64,000 nt of DNA from Planctomycetota bacterium (GTDB lineage: Bacteria; Planctomycetota; UBA1135), in the NCBI GenBank assembly GCA_027623295.1, contig JAQBXR010000007.1, positions 43,552 through 107,551 on the forward strand. The letters are read 5' to 3'. The translations under genes and the position numbers were made by a program. The number at the start of each line of letters is the position of its first letter. The first letter of the stretch is position 1. This document shows, one piece after another, positions 35,046 to 44,638 of this stretch. The notes under the pieces are model-generated. The model was not told the DNA's origin. It worked only from the letters and a program-made list of their open reading frames with translations, and made no database searches.

Positions 35046-36088
35046 GCGGAGAGCGCATCGATCACCATGGAGACCGAGATCTTGTCCATCCATGGGGAGC
35101 GCTTACTGCGATCGCGTGGGGGAGGTGCTACACCTTCCTCACCGGCATATACGATTTGAACCTTCTCGCCCGGCGGGTGATAAATCACGGGGTCGGTGGG
35201 ACCGAAAAGCGCAATGACCTGGGTGCCACGATAGGCGGCTAAGTGAACTGGGCCACTGTCGGTGCCGATTAAGCAGTTGGCGCCATCGCTCAGGGCCATC
35301 AGGTGCGCCAAGCTTGGAGTTGCCGGTGCGAGCGTGGCGGCGCCTTTGGATAAGGCGGCCACTTCTTCCACTTTGGCTTTGTCGGCGGGGGTCCACAGCA
35401 GCAATGGAGTTTTGCCTACTTCGCGCATGGCGATGGCAAGTTCTGCCCAACGCTCGATGGGCCACAGTTTGTCTTGGCCGTAAACGGTGGTGGTGGTGTG
35501 CAGCAGCTCGTAATTATGGAGGTCTGCATATTGCGCAGTCGTTTCGCCGTCTAACGCCCAGCGTCCGTCGAAGTTGGGGCTTCCTGTCCATCCAAGCGTG
35601 CGTAATAGCTGTAAATCACGCTCGGTGCGTTGCGCTCGTGCCGGTACTTGCGCATGAAACTTATGGAAACGATGGGCACCTTCCCGCGCTACCGGTGGCG
35701 CAAAGCCCACCTTGGCCGGCGATTTCAGGAACAGGAGCTGCAGGGCGCTCTTTAGATTCGACTGAAAATCTAGTATCAAATCATATTGCCCACGTTTCTT
35801 CAGCCCACGTAAGTGATGCCAAAAGGGAGCCACACCACGGCCGCCTTTCCACGACTTCCGCGGCATCTGAATCACCTCATGAACCGCCGGATGTCCCTCT
35901 AGAACTGCGGCGTGATGGTCTTCCACCAGCCAATCCACCTTTGCATTGGGCAGGGCATCGTGCAGGGCATCGAGCACCGGGAGCGCGAACACGATGTCGC
36001 CCAAGGCACTCATGCGAATCGCGAGGATGCGTGCATTTTGCGGCAAGTCGGCGAGCTGGAGGCCGGTCATTCGGCGCAAAGATACCAT
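35039..36088 (-). CDS. Glycosyltransferase family 9 (LPS heptosyltransferase-like)
   Basis: ILAIRMSALGDIVFALPVLDAL, GTDSGPVHLAA and the overall GT9 length. Confidence 0.8.
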   Translation of the reverse strand: MVSLRRMTGLQLADLPQNARILAIRMSALGDIVFALPVLDALHDALPNAKVDWLVEDHHAAVLEGHPAVHEVIQMPRKSWKGGRGVAPFWHHLRGLKKRGQYDLILDFQSNLKSALQLLFLKSPAKVGFAPPVAREGAHRFHKFHAQVPARAQRTERDLQLLRTLGWTGSPNFDGRWALDGETTAQYADLHNYELLHTTTTVYGQDKLWPIERWAELAIAMREVGKTPLLLWTPADKAKVEEVAALSKGAATLAPATPSLAHLMALSDGANCLIGTDSGPVHLAAYRGTQVIALFGPTDPVIYHPPGEKVQIVYAGEEGVAPPPRDRSKRSPWMDKISVSMVIDALSAQ

Positions 36089-36094
36089 GCGCCC

Positions 36095-36805
36095 ATGTCG
36101 GAGTCAGCGACAACCCCCCGGACCTGGTCAGAGCCCCGTGTTTGGCTCTTTGTGGCCCCCGATTTGGCGGCCAGTGGTGCGTGGGAGGATTGGCTGCTCG
36201 AAGGAGAGGCGCATTTGGAAAAACTAGCGCTTGCCGCCGATCGTGTACTCGGAAAAGGCCGCGGTGCTTCACGTAGTGTGGTTTTTACAAATGGTGCGGC
36301 TGGAGTTTGGCGGGTGAACCGCCACGGCGGCATGTTGGGGAACCTGCAAGGGGATCGCTACCCGAGTCCGGAACGGTTGCAGCTAGAAGTGGAGCTTTCC
36401 GAAGGTTTGCGCGCGGAACAGGTCCGTACACCCCGTGTGCTACTGGCCTTGGCGGTGAAGGATGGCAAGAAGTGGCGTCAGCATTTGGTCACCGAGGAGG
36501 TTGCTGGAGCCGAAACTGTTTTTGCCGCGCGCAAGAAACCTGCCGCACTCGTGGCTGCAGGCCAACTCATGGATCAAGTTTTCGAACTGGGTCTATGGGC
36601 GACTGACCTGCACCCTGACAACCTTCTTTGGCGAGAGCAAGATCAAAGCTGCTGGCTGATTGATTTGGCGGGAGCGAAACGCTTGTCGCAACCGCTCGAT
36701 GCTAGCCAACGCGCTGCGCGTATCGACCGCTTCTTCCGCTACTACCGCAAGCATGCCGGCGAGGAACCGGAAGGCGCTGCCCGACTACGGAGTGCATTGC
36801 GTTAG
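36095..36805 (+). CDS. Lipopolysaccharide kinase family protein (Kdo/WaaP/InaA-like)
   Basis: VWRVNRHGGMLGNL, the catalytic-loop-like DLHPDNLLW, and WLIDLAGAKR. ATG 36095 lies 6 nt from the divergent GT9 start. The ORF-track start at 35912 is antisense to GT9. Confidence 0.65.
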   Translation: MSESATTPRTWSEPRVWLFVAPDLAASGAWEDWLLEGEAHLEKLALAADRVLGKGRGASRSVVFTNGAAGVWRVNRHGGMLGNLQGDRYPSPERLQLEVELSEGLRAEQVRTPRVLLALAVKDGKKWRQHLVTEEVAGAETVFAARKKPAALVAAGQLMDQVFELGLWATDLHPDNLLWREQDQSCWLIDLAGAKRLSQPLDASQRAARIDRFFRYYRKHAGEEPEGAARLRSALR

Positions 36806-36815
36806 AATTCGTCCC

Positions 36816-38249
36816 GTGGAACTGCGCCTCTACAACACCTTTACTCGCGAAAAGCAGCTGTTCACACCGATCGATCCTGATCAGGTGCGCATGTATCACT
36901 GTGGGCCGACGGTTTATCAACGCCCGCATATTGGTAACTACCGCGCGTTCTTGTTCGCCGATTTACTACGGCGGGTGCTGGAGTTGGCGGACTACAACGT
37001 TCTTCAAATCATGAACATCACCGATGTCGGCCACTTGTTGGACGATGCGGACGATGGCGAGGACAAGTTAGAGGTCCAAGCAAAAAAGGACAAGGTGGAT
37101 CCGTGGCAGGTGGTTGCGAAGGTGACGGAAGAGTTTTTTGCCGACTTAGAATTGCTAGGCGTGAAGCCGGCACATGCCTATCCACGTGCATCGGATCACA
37201 TTCCGGAAATGGTGGAGCTGATTGAAGTTCTCATTGAGAAAGAGCACGCCTATCGCGTAGGCGACAATGTTTACTTCGATGTAAACAGTTTTCCCGCATA
37301 CGGAAAGTTGTCCGGTAACAAAATCGATAACCTCGAAGCCGGTGCGCGATTGGAAATCAATCAAGAGAAGCGTCATCCGGCAGACTTCGCCTTGTGGAAG
37401 TCTGACGCCAAGCACATCATGAAATGGGAGACCGTGTTTGGCCCAGACGGATTTCCGGGTTGGCATATCGAATGCTCCGCCATGGCGCGAAAATACCTAG
37501 GCGATCACTTTGACATTCACACCGGTGGTGAGGACAACGTATTCCCGCACCATGAATGCGAAATCGCGCAAAGTGTTTGCGCATTGGATAGTCCCTTCGT
37601 GAATCTGTGGATGCACACCAAATTCCTCCAAGTCGATGGCGGCAAGATGGGGAAATCCCTCGGCAACGCCTATTCGCTCGATGACTTGAAGCAACGCGGC
37701 TTTACGGTGTTGGATTTCCGTTTGCTTCTGCTGCGTGGCAACTACCGTAGTTCCCTCAATTTCACTTGGGAAGCGCTGAAAGGAGCTGCGGAAGGACGCA
37801 TCAATCTCAATGACTTCCGCAATCGTTTACTTGCGCTTACCGATTGCGCCGCGGCCGATGGCATCGACCTAAAGACTCTCGATGCGGAGTCTGCTGTAGC
37901 ACAAGCCAACTTCGCATTCCGCGCTGGCCTATCCGATGACCTGAATACATCGGAAGCGCTCGCTGCGATTTTCCATCTGCGCAATACTTTTCAGCATGGC
38001 AAACTCGATGCTTCTGAAAACGCAGCAGCCTTAGCCTTTCTGCACATGACTAACTCAGTCTTCGGCTTCCTCGAAGAGCTAAGCACCGATGGTTTGGCCG
38101 ATGATGCCATCGACCAATTGATTGTTGAACGTGGAGAAGCGCGCACCGCTAAGGATTTTGCACGCGCCGATGCCATCCGCGACGAACTCGATGCGGCCGG
38201 CATTACCCTGGAAGATACGCCCGATGGCGTGAAGTGGTTTCGCGGTTAA
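36816..38249 (+). CDS. cysS: Cysteine--tRNA ligase
   Basis: LYNTFTREKQ, MYHCGPTVYQRPHIGNYR (HIGH) and KMGKSLGN (KMSKS). GTG 36816 lies 10 nt after the preceding stop. The ORF-track start at 36660 overlaps the upstream gene. Confidence 0.92.
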   Translation: MELRLYNTFTREKQLFTPIDPDQVRMYHCGPTVYQRPHIGNYRAFLFADLLRRVLELADYNVLQIMNITDVGHLLDDADDGEDKLEVQAKKDKVDPWQVVAKVTEEFFADLELLGVKPAHAYPRASDHIPEMVELIEVLIEKEHAYRVGDNVYFDVNSFPAYGKLSGNKIDNLEAGARLEINQEKRHPADFALWKSDAKHIMKWETVFGPDGFPGWHIECSAMARKYLGDHFDIHTGGEDNVFPHHECEIAQSVCALDSPFVNLWMHTKFLQVDGGKMGKSLGNAYSLDDLKQRGFTVLDFRLLLLRGNYRSSLNFTWEALKGAAEGRINLNDFRNRLLALTDCAAADGIDLKTLDAESAVAQANFAFRAGLSDDLNTSEALAAIFHLRNTFQHGKLDASENAAALAFLHMTNSVFGFLEELSTDGLADDAIDQLIVERGEARTAKDFARADAIRDELDAAGITLEDTPDGVKWFRG

Positions 38250-38346
38250 GGCGCAAAAGTCTTAAGGCATCGGCAGCATGGCTCCGGTTGTCTGATTGAT
38301 GGGGGGTAACGATTGACCTCTTCGCCAAGGTCCGAGGCCGGCTGGC

Positions 38347-39090
38347 TTATTCCTTGGGCGCATTCAGGTCAATGCCCAAACGTTTCGCCAACTTCTTTGG
38401 CATACGCGGACGGCGCGCATGCGGATCGGGGCGCAGGGTTTCCCAAGGCTCTGGCGGGTTCTCGATCCAATGCAGGAAGCGATCCGGATCCTTGCCGCCA
38501 CCTAAACGCTGATACCAATCTTTGCGTAACTCGTGTCGATCTTGCTCGGAAAGCGAGCCATGCGCTTCGGGGCAGACATCGAACAAACGCTGCAGGATGA
38601 GGCCAGTGGCGACCGAGAGGTTAAAGGACTCGGTAAAGCCGAACATAGGGAGGAAGATGCGCTTTTCCGAGGCCTCAAGCATGATCTTGCTCACGCCATC
38701 AGATTCGCGGCCGATGACCACGGCAAGGCGTTCGGGCAGGTTGTGCAACTCTTCACGGGTGGCCGGAATCGCATCTCCACCTAAATCGGTTGCGTAAATA
38801 GTCCAACCTTCCGCAAGCAGGGTGTCGCGGCAGGTTTCTGAATCCGGGAAGCTGCGGACCTTAAGCCAGCCATCGGCACCTTTGGTCACCGACTTATGAA
38901 ACTGCTCCGCGGTTTCTGGGTCGTGATCGACTAACCAAACATGTACCAAGCCGAAGGCTTCTGCGGTACGCAATACCGCGGCATGGTTAAAAATGTCGGT
39001 GCAGCGCTCTAAAACTAAAAGGAAACGTCCGCAGCGTTGGCGCAATACCGCCTCAGCCCGACGCAACCTGCGCGGCGCTTCCTCAGTCAT
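38347..39090 (-). CDS. SpoU/TrmH-family RNA 2'-O-methyltransferase with a C-terminal extension
   Basis: NHAAVLRTAEAFGL, LAVVIGRESDGVS and IPMFGFTESFNLSVATGLILQ. ATG at 39090 (MTEEAP...) overlaps the rbfA stop by 8 nt. The ORF-track start at 39168 lies inside rbfA. Confidence 0.8.
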   Translation of the reverse strand: MTEEAPRRLRRAEAVLRQRCGRFLLVLERCTDIFNHAAVLRTAEAFGLVHVWLVDHDPETAEQFHKSVTKGADGWLKVRSFPDSETCRDTLLAEGWTIYATDLGGDAIPATREELHNLPERLAVVIGRESDGVSKIMLEASEKRIFLPMFGFTESFNLSVATGLILQRLFDVCPEAHGSLSEQDRHELRKDWYQRLGGGKDPDRFLHWIENPPEPWETLRPDPHARRPRMPKKLAKRLGIDLNAPKE

Positions 39091-39478
39091 TGTCCCGCTC
39101 AGGATCGGCGGGGGCGACGGCAGGAGTCCGGTCTTCTGGTGGAAGAACACTGCGCAAGACTTCTTCAATCCGCGCTGCAGCAGCCAAACCTTTGTCGTAT
39201 TCGAACTGCAAGTTTGGTGCAGAGCGAATGTTGATTTCGCGCGCTACCTGGCGACGTAAGAATCCGTTCGCGCTTTTGAACATATGTTCCACGCGGCTCC
39301 TCTCCTTGATGTCCAACACCGACCACCGCACCTTGGCAACCGTGAGGTCGCTGGTGATGGTGACTCCGGTAATGGTTACAAAGCCAATGCGCGGGTCGCG
39401 AATCTCGTGGATGATCATCTCCGAGATTTTCTGCTGAATGCGTTTCGCAATCTGCTTCTGACGCCGCTCACTGGCCAT
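39083..39478 (-). CDS. rbfA: Ribosome-binding factor A
   Basis: RIQQKISEMIIHEIRDPRIGFVTITGVTITSDLTVAKVRWSV. It follows infB. Confidence 0.9.
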   Translation of the reverse strand: MASERRQKQIAKRIQQKISEMIIHEIRDPRIGFVTITGVTITSDLTVAKVRWSVLDIKERSRVEHMFKSANGFLRRQVAREINIRSAPNLQFEYDKGLAAAARIEEVLRSVLPPEDRTPAVAPADPERDND

Positions 39479-39486
39479 GCTGAACC

Positions 39487-42225
39487 TTAGACGTTGGCCT
39501 CTTCTTTGGCTTCCGCTTCTGCCGCAGCCCGAACATCTTCCAGCGTGCGTTCGATTTCGACGACCTCAATCGACTCAATCACATCGCCAGCCTTGATGTC
39601 ATCGTAGTTCTCGATCTTGATACCACAGTCGTTACCTGCTGCAACCTCACGGACATCGTCCTTGAAGTGGCGCAGCGAGGCCATTGGAGCTTGGTAGATG
39701 ATCTTGCCACCGCGGATGAGGCGTGCGTTACTTGCGCGCTTGATCACACCGCTAATGACGCGACAACCGGCAATCGAACCCCAGCGCGAGCTGCGGAAGA
39801 CATCGAGCACATCGGCGTAACCAATGACATTCTCAACCGTCTCAGGTGCCAGCATGCCAACTACAGCCTTCTCGATATCCTCGAGCAGTTCGTAGATGAT
39901 GTCGTAACGGCGGATTTCAACCCTTACGCGCTCAGCTTCCTTACGTGCCTTACCTTCCGGAACTACGTTGAAGCCAAGGATGATGGCCTCTGCAGTTTCG
40001 GCGAGGGTGACGTCGGTTTCGGTGACTCCACCTACACCGGAGTGGATGACGTCGATAATGACTTCACTGGTGGAGAGTTCGGCGAGCGATTCTTTGAGCA
40101 CCTCTAGGCTGCCCTGAACGTCGGCCTTAAGAACAATCCGCAAGCGCTGTGCATTGGATTCGTCGATTTTCTCGAACAGGTTGCTGAGCGTGACGCCCGC
40201 GCCTTTCGACATTTCGATTTCCTTCTTGTGCAAGGCGCGCTTCTCAGCCACGGCTTTCGCAGATTTAATGTCACCAATCACGTAGAAAGTTTCACCGACG
40301 GCTGGGAACTCATCCAGTCCCAGCAAATCGACCGGAGTCGATGGGCCAGCTTCCTTGAGTGGCTTGCCGTTGTGGTCGAACATCAGGCGGATCTTGCCGA
40401 AGGTGTGGCCGGAAAGCACCACGTCTTTGACTTTGAGGGTGCCGTCTTGCACCAACACCGATGCGACCTTGCCCTTACCTTTTTCAAGCTTGGACTCGAG
40501 CACGATACCCATGGCATCGCCCTTCGCATGGGCTTTCAGACCGAGTATTTCTGCTTCCAGAAGTACGCGTTCAAGCAGTTCTTCGATGCCCAGCTTCTTC
40601 AATGCAGAAACTTCGACCATGCCAACTTCGCCACCCCAATCCTCAGATTGAATGCCAATGCCTGCAAGTTGTGCCCGCACTTGGTCGGGGTTCGCGTTTG
40701 GCGAATCAATCTTGTTGATGGCAACAATGATTGGCACGCCGGCAGCTCTTGCGTGAGCCGCAGCCTCTTCGGTTTGCGGCATGACGCCATCGTCCGCCGC
40801 AACTACGAGCACTGCAATGTCGGTCGACTGGGCACCACGTCTACGCATAGCGGTAAACGCTGCGTGACCTGGAGTATCCAGGATGGTGACCTTCTGACCG
40901 TTCTTCAGCTCGGCAACATAAGCGCCTACGTGCTGAGTTATGCCACCAGCTTCCTTGTTGGCAACCCGGGTGGTACGGATGGCATCGATCAAGGAAGTCT
41001 TGCCGTGGTCAACGTGACCCATGAAGGCAATGACTGGCGCGCGATCCGCAGTAGAAGCTTCGTCTACCGCTTTGCGCGAAGCCATGATCTGCTCCATCAA
41101 CTCGCGCTCAATGTCGAGTTCCGCCTTGAGCTCTACGCCGATTTCGAAATCGTCGGCGAGCACCTCAATGGTTTCTCCGTCAAGCAGGGTGTTGATGTTG
41201 GTCATCAGGCCCATGCGCATCAGCTTGCGAATCACGTGATTCACTGCGATACCCGTATCAGCGGAGAACGACTTCACGGTTACCGGAAGCTGCAGGAGGA
41301 TGTCACCCTTGCGGTCGATCGTGGACACATGCTTCGGACGCAGTTTGCCCTGGCGACGATCGCGTTGACGCTCGCGCTGCTTCTGACGCATATCGCGAAT
41401 CTGTGCGCTTTGCTTATCCCGTAGGTCGGTAAAGGTGGAACCGCGCTTACGCTCGGTTTGTTGTGCTTTGATCAAGCCCAACGCAGCCAAGTCGATGCGA
41501 CCCACGCGGGTTGCAGCTCGTTTTGGCTTTGGAGTCGGAGGAGACTCGGGTGCTTTCGCTTTAGCAACTCGTTTTCCGCCAGCTTCTTCCCGCTTTACTG
41601 GAGCCGGAGCCTTCGCTTTAGCTGCCGCAGGGTTTGGCCTTGGAGCAGGCGTAGGTACTGGAGCAACCGGCTCGGCCTTAACAGGTTTAGTTTCTTTGCC
41701 GCGCGCAGGTGCAACAATCTTGGCACCCTTAGGCCTTTTTTCGAAAGGCTGCCTGGCCTTTGGAGCAGGGGTCGGCGTTAGGGCAGGAGTTGGTGCTGGC
41801 TCAGGAGCTGATGCGGAAGCTTTCTTCTCTGCAGGGGCTTCTTCCGCCACGATGACTTCTGGCTCTTCAGCAACAGGCTCTTCCACTTCAGCCGGGGCTT
41901 TTTCCGCCACGGGAGCTTCGGGTTCCGCTTCCACGACTTCCTCTTTCTCAACAATAGGAACAGCCTGTGCAGACTTTACCAATGCATCCCAAGAAGTGGC
42001 GCCGACAGCTTCATTCGAACCAGTGCCGCCATCTGCGGCATCGCCCTCACCATCTTTGAGCAAACCGCCTCTACGCAGACGCTCTTCAATGATTGGGACA
42101 TCCCACTCCTCGACCGAAGCCTGATAGGAGGTAACTGGGAACCCAATGTTCCCCATGATGTCCACAAACTCGGCTGATTTATAGCCGAATCGTTTCGCGA
42201 GCTTGAAAACCTTAACTTTACTCAA
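39487..42225 (-). CDS. infB: Translation initiation factor IF-2
   Basis: G-domain motifs [15 protein letters not shown] and NKID. The N-terminal region is Ala/Pro/Glu-rich. Confidence 0.95.
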   Translation of the reverse strand: MSKVKVFKLAKRFGYKSAEFVDIMGNIGFPVTSYQASVEEWDVPIIEERLRRGGLLKDGEGDAADGGTGSNEAVGATSWDALVKSAQAVPIVEKEEVVEAEPEAPVAEKAPAEVEEPVAEEPEVIVAEEAPAEKKASASAPEPAPTPALTPTPAPKARQPFEKRPKGAKIVAPARGKETKPVKAEPVAPVPTPAPRPNPAAAKAKAPAPVKREEAGGKRVAKAKAPESPPTPKPKRAATRVGRIDLAALGLIKAQQTERKRGSTFTDLRDKQSAQIRDMRQKQRERQRDRRQGKLRPKHVSTIDRKGDILLQLPVTVKSFSADTGIAVNHVIRKLMRMGLMTNINTLLDGETIEVLADDFEIGVELKAELDIERELMEQIMASRKAVDEASTADRAPVIAFMGHVDHGKTSLIDAIRTTRVANKEAGGITQHVGAYVAELKNGQKVTILDTPGHAAFTAMRRRGAQSTDIAVLVVAADDGVMPQTEEAAAHARAAGVPIIVAINKIDSPNANPDQVRAQLAGIGIQSEDWGGEVGMVEVSALKKLGIEELLERVLLEAEILGLKAHAKGDAMGIVLESKLEKGKGKVASVLVQDGTLKVKDVVLSGHTFGKIRLMFDHNGKPLKEAGPSTPVDLLGLDEFPAVGETFYVIGDIKSAKAVAEKRALHKKEIEMSKGAGVTLSNLFEKIDESNAQRLRIVLKADVQGSLEVLKESLAELSTSEVIIDVIHSGVGGVTETDVTLAETAEAIILGFNVVPEGKARKEAERVRVEIRRYDIIYELLEDIEKAVVGMLAPETVENVIGYADVLDVFRSSRWGSIAGCRVISGVIKRASNARLIRGGKIIYQAPMASLRHFKDDVREVAAGNDCGIKIENYDDIKAGDVIESIEVVEIERTLEDVRAAAEAEAKEEANV

Positions 42226-42228
42226 ACC

Positions 42229-43317
42229 TTATTCTTCCTCTTCGTCGCTGGCCGGTTCCTCGGCGGGGGAGTCTGTCGGCTCGGGCGCCGTTCCCTCTGG
42301 TGCGACAGTATCGCCTTCGAGCTCAGATTCACCACCTTCGGCGAGAATCTCAGCTTCGTATTCGGCTGGTGTCTTTAGTTCAATGTCCCAACCGACGAGT
42401 TGTGCGGCGAGACGTACGTTTCTGCCTCCCATGCCAATGGCAAGAGGCTTTTGTTCTTCACTGACGAGGACAAACACAGAGTGGTTGTCTTCATCTGGGA
42501 AGATGTGCTCGATAGGTATGTCCTTTGCAGGCTTCAGTGCATTTTGCACCAACTCCTCAAGGGAATCACTCCATGCGATAATGTCGATCTTCTCCATGCG
42601 CAACTCATCATTGATGTTGCGAATACGAGTTCCGCGCACACCAAGGCATGCACCGATAGGGTCGACGCGCTCGTCAGTGGAGTAAACCGCCACTTTCGAG
42701 CGATAACCTGGGTCACGAGCGACTTTCATCACGCGGATGATGCCCTCAGCGATCTCAGGAATCTCAACTTCGAAGAGTTTCTGCACAAACAAAGGATCCT
42801 TGCGCGAAACAATGATGACCACGCGGGAGCCCTCCTTGCGTACCTCTTTGACCAAGACGCGAATGCGGTCTCCGATGTGCAAGCGTTCTGCGTGAATACG
42901 CTCGGAGCGGGGCAGTAAAGCCTCGGTCCGACCAGTAATGATCACGATGACGTTCGGGCCTTCCAATTTGTGGACTTGGGCCGAAACGACCGTGCCGACG
43001 ATGTCCTCAAATTCGGAGAACACACGATCCCGCTCTGCCTCGCGAATCTTCTGCATGAAGACCTGCTTGGTAGTTTGCGCAGCAATGCGTCCAAGCTCTT
43101 CTGCAGAAGGCAAGCTCATGGAGCCATCTGGAGCCATAAGAGTGATCGAGCCCTCGGAGCGATCAATCTTGACTTCGAAGCCCACTTCTACACCAACCTT
43201 TTTGCGGACAGCCATGCTCAGAGCCTCTTCAAGGGCACAGAATAAGATCTCGCGATCAACACCACGCTCGCGGTGAATCGCGTCAATCATCCTAAGGACG
43301 TCGTCTTTACGCATCAT
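42229..43317 (-). CDS. nusA: Transcription termination/antitermination factor NusA (short form with an acidic tail)
   Basis: N-terminal domain, S1 domain (GTVVSAQVHKLEGPNVIV) and KH domains (ACLGVRGTRIRNI, LAIGMGGRNVRLAAQL). No AR1/AR2 repeats. It ends with SDEEEE. Confidence 0.93.
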   Translation of the reverse strand: MMRKDDVLRMIDAIHRERGVDREILFCALEEALSMAVRKKVGVEVGFEVKIDRSEGSITLMAPDGSMSLPSAEELGRIAAQTTKQVFMQKIREAERDRVFSEFEDIVGTVVSAQVHKLEGPNVIVIITGRTEALLPRSERIHAERLHIGDRIRVLVKEVRKEGSRVVIIVSRKDPLFVQKLFEVEIPEIAEGIIRVMKVARDPGYRSKVAVYSTDERVDPIGACLGVRGTRIRNINDELRMEKIDIIAWSDSLEELVQNALKPAKDIPIEHIFPDEDNHSVFVLVSEEQKPLAIGMGGRNVRLAAQLVGWDIELKTPAEYEAEILAEGGESELEGDTVAPEGTAPEPTDSPAEEPASDEEEE

Positions 43318-43355
43318 GAGACTATTTTTTGAAGCTTGAAGGTTGGGTTAGCCCG

Positions 43356-43388
43356 AAAAAAACGGGTGTGGGGCTAACCCCACACCCG
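43356..43388 (-). terminator. Strong intrinsic terminator inside the nusA leader (candidate attenuator)
   Basis: Minus-strand RNA reads CGGGUGUGGGG-UUAG-CCCCACACCCG, a perfect 11-bp stem with arms at 43388-78 and 43373-63. UUUUUUU follows at 43362-56. The terminator lies 39 nt upstream of the nusA ATG. Confidence 0.6.
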
Positions 43389-43559
43389 AGCGATTTCGCG
43401 GGTGGACCCGTGAAAAATCCCGGGTCAAATCACAAGAGAGGTGAAAGCCTCTATTGAGCCGCGCATCTTAACACCTGGGCGGGCATCTGGATATGGAAAG
43501 GACAGCGAAAAGTGAGTGCTGACACGCTAGGAACTCGGATTTCCGGGTCCTAGAATGGG

Positions 43560-43790
43560 GTGGTGACCGACCCTGACCACAAAGCCAATCCCGAGGTGCG
43601 CATAAATGGCGCTTTTCAGCCTTGGAAGGCCAATTGGAGCCTGCAGCTGCTGCTGGAAGAGCTAAAGGCTACTGGCCCTGGCGTGGCTATAGAGTGGAAC
43701 CGGGAAGTAGTGCGCCGCGCGGAATACGCCGTCTGTGTGCTTCAGCCAGGAGATGAGGTCGAAATTGTGAGATTAGTTGGAGGGGGATAA
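43560..43790 (+). CDS. thiS: Sulfur-carrier protein ThiS
   Basis: RINGAFQPW...[11 protein letters not shown] with a C-terminal Gly-Gly. It sits directly upstream of thiG. The GTG start is uncertain (43560 or 43563). Confidence 0.8.
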   Translation: MVTDPDHKANPEVRINGAFQPWKANWSLQLLLEELKATGPGVAIEWNREVVRRAEYAVCVLQPGDEVEIVRLVGGG

Positions 43791-43819
43791 CCTTTCGTGC
43801 CAACCCAAACCAAGCACCC

Positions 43820-44638
43820 ATGAGCGCATCCATCCCTAAAGACGAAACCCTAGTCCTCGGCGACTATCGTTTTGAGTCCCGCCTTTTTCTCGGCACTGGC
43901 AAATACGCCACTTATCCGCAAATGCGCGACGCCCTCGATATTTCAGGCACCGAATGCGTGACTGTGGCAGTACGCCGGATTCCAGAAAATGAGGCCGCAG
44001 GTGAGCGCTTCTTAGATTTCCTCGACATGGATCGTTACACCATTCTGCCCAACACGGCTGGTTGCTTCGATGCTGAAAGTGCTTTGCGCACGGCACGTCT
44101 GGCGCGTGAAATGTTAGGCACCGACTTGATTAAGTTGGAAGTCTTGGGCGATAAAAAAACTCTTTTGCCAGACCCGGTGGACACTTTGTTTGCCACCGAA
44201 ACCTTAGTCAAAGAAGGCTTCACGGTTTTGGTTTATACCTCAGACGATGTTATGCAAGCGCGCCGTTTGCAAGAAGCTGGAGCCACTGCAGTCATGCCGG
44301 CTGGCTCTCCGATTGGCAGTGGTCAAGGAATCTTAAACCCTGTCAATCTGCATCTAATCATCGAACAGGCCACAGTTCCGATTATTGTAGATGCTGGCGT
44401 CGGCCAAGCATCCGACGTCTCGATTGCCATGGAGCATGGCGCGGCAGGGGTTTTAATGAACACCGCCGTGGCTGCTGCCGACGATCCTTTGCGCATGGCT
44501 CGTGCCGTGAACTTAGCGTGTAGAGCTGGGCGCGATTCCTTCCTCGCCGGACGTATGGCCAAGCGCCTTTACGCCTCTGCGAGTTCACCCATTCATGGTG
44601 TCATCACGAGTGACAACCCGGTCAGGGCAGGCAGCTAG
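43820..44638 (+). CDS. thiG: Thiazole synthase
   Basis: [31 protein letters not shown] and [10 protein letters not shown]. Confidence 0.93.
   Translation: MSASIPKDETLVLGDYRFESRLFLGTGKYATYPQMRDALDISGTECVTVAVRRIPENEAAGERFLDFLDMDRYTILPNTAGCFDAESALRTARLAREMLGTDLIKLEVLGDKKTLLPDPVDTLFATETLVKEGFTVLVYTSDDVMQARRLQEAGATAVMPAGSPIGSGQGILNPVNLHLIIEQATVPIIVDAGVGQASDVSIAMEHGAAGVLMNTAVAAADDPLRMARAVNLACRAGRDSFLAGRMAKRLYASASSPIHGVITSDNPVRAGS

Noticed and set aside
35314-36276. 320-aa plus-strand ORF and 131-aa minus-strand ORF overlapping the GT9 and LPS-kinase genes
   Set aside because: They are Arg/Ala/Pro-rich alternate-frame products with no motifs. The GT9 and kinase frames carry clear family signatures.
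40228-42124. Long plus-strand ORFs (398 aa at 40228..41424 and 229 aa at 41435..42124) opposite infB
   Set aside because: They lie entirely antisense to the unmistakable IF-2 gene. Their sequences are low-complexity or lack motifs (Ala/Gly/Ser runs mirroring the IF-2 Ala/Pro/Glu region). These are typical shadow ORFs of GC-rich DNA.
43430-43520. Possible TPP riboswitch upstream of thiS-thiG
   Set aside because: The blocks ACCUG, AUCUGGAUA and CAGCG occur in the order seen in the TPP aptamer. However, the invariant CUGAGA element is absent (only UUGAGC), a 7-nt insertion interrupts the blocks, and the P5 pairing would be only 3 bp. I do not call it. A cmsearch with RF00059 would settle the question.
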